From: Phyllosticta citribraziliensis
Lineage: Eukaryota
DNA length: 64,000 bases
Direction of reading: 5' to 3'
NCBI RefSeq assembly: GCF_038025025.1
Contig: NW_027117344.1
Coordinates: 186,001 to 250,000, forward strand
Both the position numbers and the translations under genes were made by a program. Under the pieces are notes generated by a model that searched no databases, was not told where the DNA came from, and saw nothing but the letters and a program-made list of their open reading frames with translations. Positions 59,141 to 64,000 of this stretch are shown here, in pieces (positions within the stretch are counted from its first letter, which is position 1; every line of letters begins with the position of its first letter).

Positions 59141-62100
59141 ATGCGACTCCCAAAGAAGGTCCTCCTCGCCATTTTGGCCACGCTCATTCACCAGGCCACG
59201 ACTGCTCCCACGAACCATGAGGACAATGTCAACTACAGGGATACCAAAGCTCGCAATGGAGAGCTCGTCAAGCGCCAAATCTTGAACTTGGGCGGACAAG
59301 GTAGCTTCAACGCCTTCGCATCGGCCTGTCCGGACCTCGTACCAATCATTTCTGAACTTCCTTCAGCCGCTCAGAGTGCGATTCGAGTCCTGAACAGCGC
59401 CTTGTCCAGTGCCCTCGCTACGAACTCCGGTCTCTTGAGCAACGTCCCGCTTCCTACTTCGCTGCCCCTCGCGTCGGTTACAAACTTGGCCAGTAACCCT
59501 CTGGCCGTCACGTCGGCCTTGCCCACAGGCAACCCGCTTGGATCTTTGGCGTCCAGCAACCCCCTCGCAGGGCTCACTTCGCTGCTTCCATCCAACGTGG
59601 TCTCCGTTCCCTCCAACGTGGTGTCCATCCCAACGGGCGCTCTCAGCTCAGCTCTAGCGCTTTCATCCGCCGCCGGTCCCCTCAACAGCTTGCTTTCCCA
59701 GGCTTCCACGAATTTGAATGTCCTCACAAATTTGCCTTCGGCGATCGCCCCTATAAACAGCTTGGCCTCGCAAGTCGTTAATCCCTCGGCGCTTAATTCT
59801 CTCGCCAGCCAGGCCTTGACCAACCCAACGGCCGCTCTCTCAGGCCTCTCGTCGGCTATCGCGCCCATCAACAGTCTGCTCACGCAATCGAACCCGTTCT
59901 CGTCTTTTTTACCTGGAAGCCTTGCTGTGCCAACTACAATTGCGCTACCGTCAGGTATTCTCTCCGGATTGTCCTCGGGAGTTGCTAGTTTGCCCACGAG
60001 CATCCTCTCAGGAGCGCTCCCCACGACTATCTGCTCGGCCTGCGCCCCTGGCACCTCGGGCCTACCCGCGCTCTCTGGTCTCCCAAGCGTTCTGCCGTCT
60101 AGCGCCCTTGGGTCTTTGATCAGTGGTCTTCCCAGTCAGGTGATTTCGGCAATTCAAACCAACCCCGGCGCCTTGAGTTCAGTCATTAGTGCTTTACCAT
60201 CAAATTTGGTGCCCTCGGTGCTCTCTGAGCTCTCCGCAATTAGCACGCTTCTGCCTACGAACGTCATCTCTGGATTGCCCACTTCCGGTGTCGTCCTTCC
60301 GTCTAGCGCCCTTGGGTCTCTGATCAGTGGTCTCCCCAGTCAGGTGATTTCGGCAATCCAAACCAACCCTGGCGCCTTGAGTTCAGTCATCAGTGCTTTA
60401 CCATCAAATTTGGTGCCCTCGGTGCTCTCTGAGCTGTCTGAAATTGGCACGCTTCTGCCTACGAACGTCATCTCCGGATTGCCCACCTCTGGTGTTCTTC
60501 CGACAAGCGCCCTTCAGTCTTTGATCAGTGGGCTTCCAAGCCAGGTGATTTCAGCAATCCAAACCAACCCAGGCGCCTTGAGTTCAGTCATCAGTGCTTT
60601 GCCAACAAACTTGGTGCCCTCAGTGCTCTCTGAGCTGTCTGAAATTGGCACGCTTCTGCCCACGAGCCTTCTCTCTGGTTTGCCCAGTGGGCTCCCCACG
60701 TCTGGGCTCGTCCTCCCCACCAGCGCCCTCGAATCAATCTTCTCGCAACTCCCGAGCCAAGTTATTTCAGCAATCGAGACTAACCCAGCGGCTTTGAGCT
60801 CGGTGCTCAGTGCTCTGCCCTCAAATGTATTACCCACGGTGCTGAGCGAGCTCTCGGAGATCGGTACTCTTCTGCCCACGAGCCTCCTGTCCGGTTTGCC
60901 TAGTGGGCTCCCCACGTCTGGGCTCGTCCTCCCCACCAGCGCCCTCGAATCAATCTTCTCGCAACTCCCGAGCCAAGTCATTTCAGCAATCGAGACTAAC
61001 CCAGCGGCTTTGAGCTCGGTGCTCAGTGCTCTGCCCTCAAATGTATTACCCACGGTGCTGAGCGAGCTCTCTGAGATCGGTACGCTTCTGCCCACGAGCG
61101 GACTGCCTATCTTGTCCTCAGGTCTGCCTGTCTTGTCCTCGGGCCTGCCTGTCCTGTCCTCGGGTCTGCCTATTCTTTCGTCTGGCCTGCCTGTCTTGTC
61201 CTCGGGTCTGCCGGTTCTTTCATCTGGCCTGCCTGTCCTGTCCTCGGGTCTGCCTATTCTTTCGTCTGGCCTGCCTGTCTTGTCCTCAGGTCTGCCGGTT
61301 CTTTCATCTGGCCTGCCTGTCCTGTCCTCGGGTCTGCCTATTCTTTCGTCTGGCCTGCCTGTCTTGTCCTCAGGTCTGCCGGTTCTTTCATCTGGCCTGC
61401 CTGTCCTGTCCTCGGGTCTGCCTATTCTTTCATCTGGCCTGCCTATCTTGTCCTCGGGTCTGCCGGTTCTTTCATCTGGCCTGCCTGTCTTGTCCTCGGG
61501 TCTGCCGGTTCTTTCATCTGGCCTGCCTGCCCTGTCCTCGGGTCTGCCGGTTCTTTCATCTGGCCTGCCTGCCCTGTCCTCGGGTCTGCCGGTTCTTTCG
61601 TCCGGCCTGCCTGTCTTATCCTCGGGTCTGCCTATTCTTTCATCTGGCTTACCGGTTCTCTCGTCTGGACTGCCAGAACTTTCATCAGGATTGCCCGTCC
61701 TCTCGTCTGGACTGCCCGTCCTCTCATCTGGCCTGCCCGTCCTCTCATCTGGCCTGCCCGTCCTCTCGTCTGGACTGCCCGTCCTCTCGTCTGGACTGCC
61801 AGAACTTTCATCAGGATTGCCCGTCCTCTCATCTGGACTGCCTGTTCTCTCGTCTGGACTGCCTATTCTCTCGTCTGGACTGCCCGTCCTCTCATCTGGA
61901 CTGCCCATCCTCTCGTCTGGACTGCCCGTCCTCTCGTCTGGACTGCCCGTCCTCTCGTCTGGCCTGCCCGTCCTCTCATCTGGCCTGCCCGTCCTCTCGT
62001 CTGGACTGCCAAACTTCTCTGGACTTCCGACTGGCGCTCTCGAAAGCTTGGTGAGCGGTCTGCCTTCGCAGATCATCAGCGCAATCACCCAACCGCCTGC

Positions 62101-64000
62101 AGTACTTTCCAGTGCATTGGACAACTTGCCCACCCAGGTATTGCCTTCAGTCCTTTCTGAGCTGTCCGAGTTGCAAAGCCAGCTGCCTACACTGCTCCCA
62201 ACTCAACCCCTGATCAGCTTGATCAGCGATTTGCCTTCGGCGATCCAAAGCGCGATTACTCAGCCCCCCGCGGCTCTTTCTAGTGCCCTGGACAACCTGC
62301 CAACTGGAATTCTTCCATCGGTACTATCAGAACTGTCACAAATCCAGAGCGCCCTGCCTACTCTCAGCAACGTGGCCCCCCTGGAGAGCCTCGTTAGCGG
62401 CTTACCCTCTGCAATCCAGTCCGCTTTAACACAGCCTCCCGCAATACTCTCTAGCGCGTTGGACAACTTGCCGACTCAGGTCCTTCCATCTGTGCTGTCT
62501 GAGCTGTCTGAGCTTCAGAGTGCCTTGCCTACTGCTCCCATCGGATCCATCATCTCGGCTTTGCCCAGCAACCTGGCCCCAGTGGAGTCTCTCGTTAGTG
62601 GCTTGCCTTCAGCTATCCAAAGCGCCCTTACTCAGCCGGCTCCGATCCTCTCTAGTGCTTTGGAGAACTTGCCCACGCAGGCTTTGCCCTCCGTGCTGTC
62701 AGAATTGTCCCAGATCCAAAGTCTTGTTCCCACGGCGCCAATTGGGTCCATTATCTCGGCCTTGCCCAGCAACCTGGCCCCGGTGGAGTCTCTCGTCAGC
62801 GGCTTGCCCTCAGCAATTCAGAGTGCCCTTACTCAGCCTCCAGCGATACTCTCCAGCGCCCTGAGTAACTTGCCAACCCAGGTGCTGCCCTCCGTTTTGA
62901 GCCAGATCAGCCAGATTGAGAGTGCTATTCCTTCGGTTATCTCTCCTATCGGCAGCATCATTTCTGGAATCCCGTCAGCGGTCCCTAGCATCTTGCCCAG
63001 TGGTGCTTTGTCCAGCGCATTGGGCCCGCTGGAGAGTGCACTCACCCAGCTTCCCGGAGGCGTCGAGTCGGCCTTGTCCCAGATCGCTACAAACCCAGCT
63101 GCGTTGTCCAGTGCAATTGGTGCACTTCCCAGTTCCGTGCTACCGGCCTTGAGTTCTGAGCTGTCGGCGATTGGCTCCGCCTTGACGCCCGTGGCCTCGA
63201 ACCTTGCTCCCATTGCCAGCAACTTGCCTGGAGCTGTTTCGTCCATCGTCAGTGGTCTTGAGCCCATTGCATCGATCTTGAATCCTAGCAACAACCCCTT
63301 GACGAGTCTCCTGAACCCCTCTAACATTGGAAGCATCATCAATCCCTCAGGTATCTCGTCAGCATTCAACCCCCTGACGTCGGCTTTGAACCCGTCTGGA
63401 TTGACGTCTGCACTGAACCCGCTTTCATCGGCGCTTAACCCATCTGGATTATCGTCTGCACTGAACCCGCTTTCATCAGCGCTCAACCCCTCTGGATTGA
63501 CGTCTGTACTGAACCCGCTTTCATCGGCGCTCAACCCGTCTGGTCTTTCGTCCGCGTTGAACCCGCTGTCGTCCGCTCTTAACCCATCTGGTCTTTCGTC
63601 TGCATTGAACCCGCTGTCGTCCGCTCTTAACCCCTCTGGATTGTCGTCAGCTCTCAACCCCCTGACCTCCGCGTTGAACCCGTCTGGTCTTTCATCCGCG
63701 TTGAACCCGCTGTCCTCGGCCTTGAACCCGTCAGGCCTGTCTTCCGCGTTGAACCCGCTGTCGTCTGCCCTGAACCCGTCAGGATTGTCGTCAGCTCTTA
63801 ACCCCCTGACCTCCGCCTTGAACCCGTCTGGTCTTTCATCCGCGTTGAACCCGCTGTCCTCGGCCTTGAACCCGTCAGGTCTTTCATCCGCGTTGAACCC
63901 GCTGTCCTCGGCCTTGAACCCGTCAGGCCTGTCTTCCGCGTTAAACCCGCTGTCGTCCGCCCTGAACCCGTCAGGTCTTTCCTCTGCATTGAACCCGCTG
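59141..64000 (+). CDS. Giant secreted Ser/Leu/Pro-rich repeat protein (more than 1600 aa, continues beyond the window)
   Basis: TATAAGA near 58938, signal peptide MRLPKKVLLAILATLIHQATTA, Kex2-type VKR|Q site. Reading frame spot-checked as consistent at 61082 and 63962. Absent from the ORF track, presumably because there is no stop in the window. Confidence 0.88.
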   Translation, partial: MRLPKKVLLAILATLIHQATTAPTNHEDNVNYRDTKARNGELVKRQILNLGGQGSFNAFASACPDLVPIISELPSAAQSAIRVLNSALSSALATNSGLLSNVPLPTSLPLASVTNLASNPLAVTSALPTGNPLGSLASSNPLAGLTSLLPSNVVSVPSNVVSIPTGALSSALALSSAAGPLNSLLSQASTNLNVLTNLPSAIAPINSLASQVVNPSALNSLASQALTNPTAALSGLSSAIAPINSLLTQSNPFSSFLPGSLAVPTTIALPSGILSGLSSGVASLPTSILSGALPTTICSACAPGTSGLPALSGLPSVLPSSALGSLISGLPSQVISAIQTNPGALSSVISALPSNLVPSVLSELSAISTLLPTNVISGLPTSGVVLPSSALGSLISGLPSQVISAIQTNPGALSSVISALPSNLVPSVLSELSEIGTLLPTNVISGLPTSGVLPTSALQSLISGLPSQVISAIQTNPGALSSVISALPTNLVPSVLSELSEIGTLLPTSLLSGLPSGLPTSGLVLPTSALESIFSQLPSQVISAIETNPAALSSVLSALPSNVLPTVLSELSEIGTLLPTSLLSGLPSGLPTSGLVLPTSALESIFSQLPSQVISAIETNPAALSSVLSALPSNVLPTVLSELSEIGTLLPTSGLPILSSGLPVLSSGLPVLSSGLPILSSGLPVLSSGLPVLSSGLPVLSSGLPILSSGLPVLSSGLPVLSSGLPVLSSGLPILSSGLPVLSSGLPVLSSGLPVLSSGLPILSSGLPILSSGLPVLSSGLPVLSSGLPVLSSGLPALSSGLPVLSSGLPALSSGLPVLSSGLPVLSSGLPILSSGLPVLSSGLPELSSGLPVLSSGLPVLSSGLPVLSSGLPVLSSGLPVLSSGLPELSSGLPVLSSGLPVLSSGLPILSSGLPVLSSGLPILSSGLPVLSSGLPVLSSGLPVLSSGLPVLSSGLPNFSGLPTGALESLVSGLPSQIISAITQPPAVLSSALDNLPTQVLPSVLSELSELQSQLPTLLPTQPLISLISDLPSAIQSAITQPPAALSSALDNLPTGILPSVLSELSQIQSALPTLSNVAPLESLVSGLPSAIQSALTQPPAILSSALDNLPTQVLPSVLSELSELQSALPTAPIGSIISALPSNLAPVESLVSGLPSAIQSALTQPAPILSSALENLPTQALPSVLSELSQIQSLVPTAPIGSIISALPSNLAPVESLVSGLPSAIQSALTQPPAILSSALSNLPTQVLPSVLSQISQIESAIPSVISPIGSIISGIPSAVPSILPSGALSSALGPLESALTQLPGGVESALSQIATNPAALSSAIGALPSSVLPALSSELSAIGSALTPVASNLAPIASNLPGAVSSIVSGLEPIASILNPSNNPLTSLLNPSNIGSIINPSGISSAFNPLTSALNPSGLTSALNPLSSALNPSGLSSALNPLSSALNPSGLTSVLNPLSSALNPSGLSSALNPLSSALNPSGLSSALNPLSSALNPSGLSSALNPLTSALNPSGLSSALNPLSSALNPSGLSSALNPLSSALNPSGLSSALNPLTSALNPSGLSSALNPLSSALNPSGLSSALNPLSSALNPSGLSSALNPLSSALNPSGLSSALNPL
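60090..61100 (+). repeat. Coding repeat of about 60-66 aa units (LPSQVISAIQTNPGALSSVISALPSNLVPSVLSELS), 5 copies
   Basis: Near-identical 180-200 bp units are visible; related diverged units continue at about 62030-63180. Confidence 0.85.
61100..62010 (+). repeat. 21-bp coding minisatellite, about 43 copies of LP(V/I)LSSG
   Basis: Tandem units of the type GGxCTGCCxGTxCTxTCxTCx. Confidence 0.92.
63270..64000 (+). repeat. Alternating 21/27-bp coding minisatellite, NPLSSAL / NPSGLSSAL
   Basis: Tandem AACCCGCTGTCxTCxGCxxTx and AACCCxTCxGGxxTxTCxTCxGCxxTx units to the end of the window. Confidence 0.9.

Noticed and set aside
60514..63657. Minus-strand ORFs with RTGRPDE / SADESGF repeats
   Set aside because: Antisense shadows of the plus-strand repeat protein, which has the signal peptide and a continuous frame.
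61100..64000. CRISPR-like array
   Set aside because: Units are contiguous with no unique spacers and vary at synonymous positions, and the context is eukaryotic.

Overview
Eukaryotic DNA from a filamentous ascomycete (short GT-AG introns with CTRAC branch points, microsatellite-rich intergenic DNA; a Dothideomycete-like origin is only my inference). Conserved genes: SF3A2 (5' end) head-to-head with DIS3/RRP44, a small single-pass membrane protein, an Apq12-like gene, an intron-rich MFS transporter, a Zn2Cys6 transcription factor, a D-2-hydroxyacid dehydrogenase, MAK21/NOC1 head-to-head with TRP4, tRNA-Ser(AGA), and the 5' 4.9 kb of a giant secreted Ser/Leu/Pro repeat protein. Between these lie two islands of genes I cannot assign to any known family, which the ORF track largely hides. 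Island 1 (about 15.0-30.4 kb) is a same-strand tandem array of 14 units: 12 apparently intact, 1 clear pseudogene and 1 degenerate. They encode very divergent helical proteins of about 90-140 aa that share intron positions and phases, an invariant Trp, unusual AAG/GAG acceptors and upstream motifs. Island 2 (about 38.8-48.6 kb) holds three CCCH/CCHC zinc-finger paralogs, a second paralog pair (one intact, one pseudogene) and a coiled-coil orphan. A 33-bp-periodic element with core GGAGCATTC is scattered through both islands, at three of their four edges and on both sides of the tRNA. All gene models were spliced by hand; no database search was possible.
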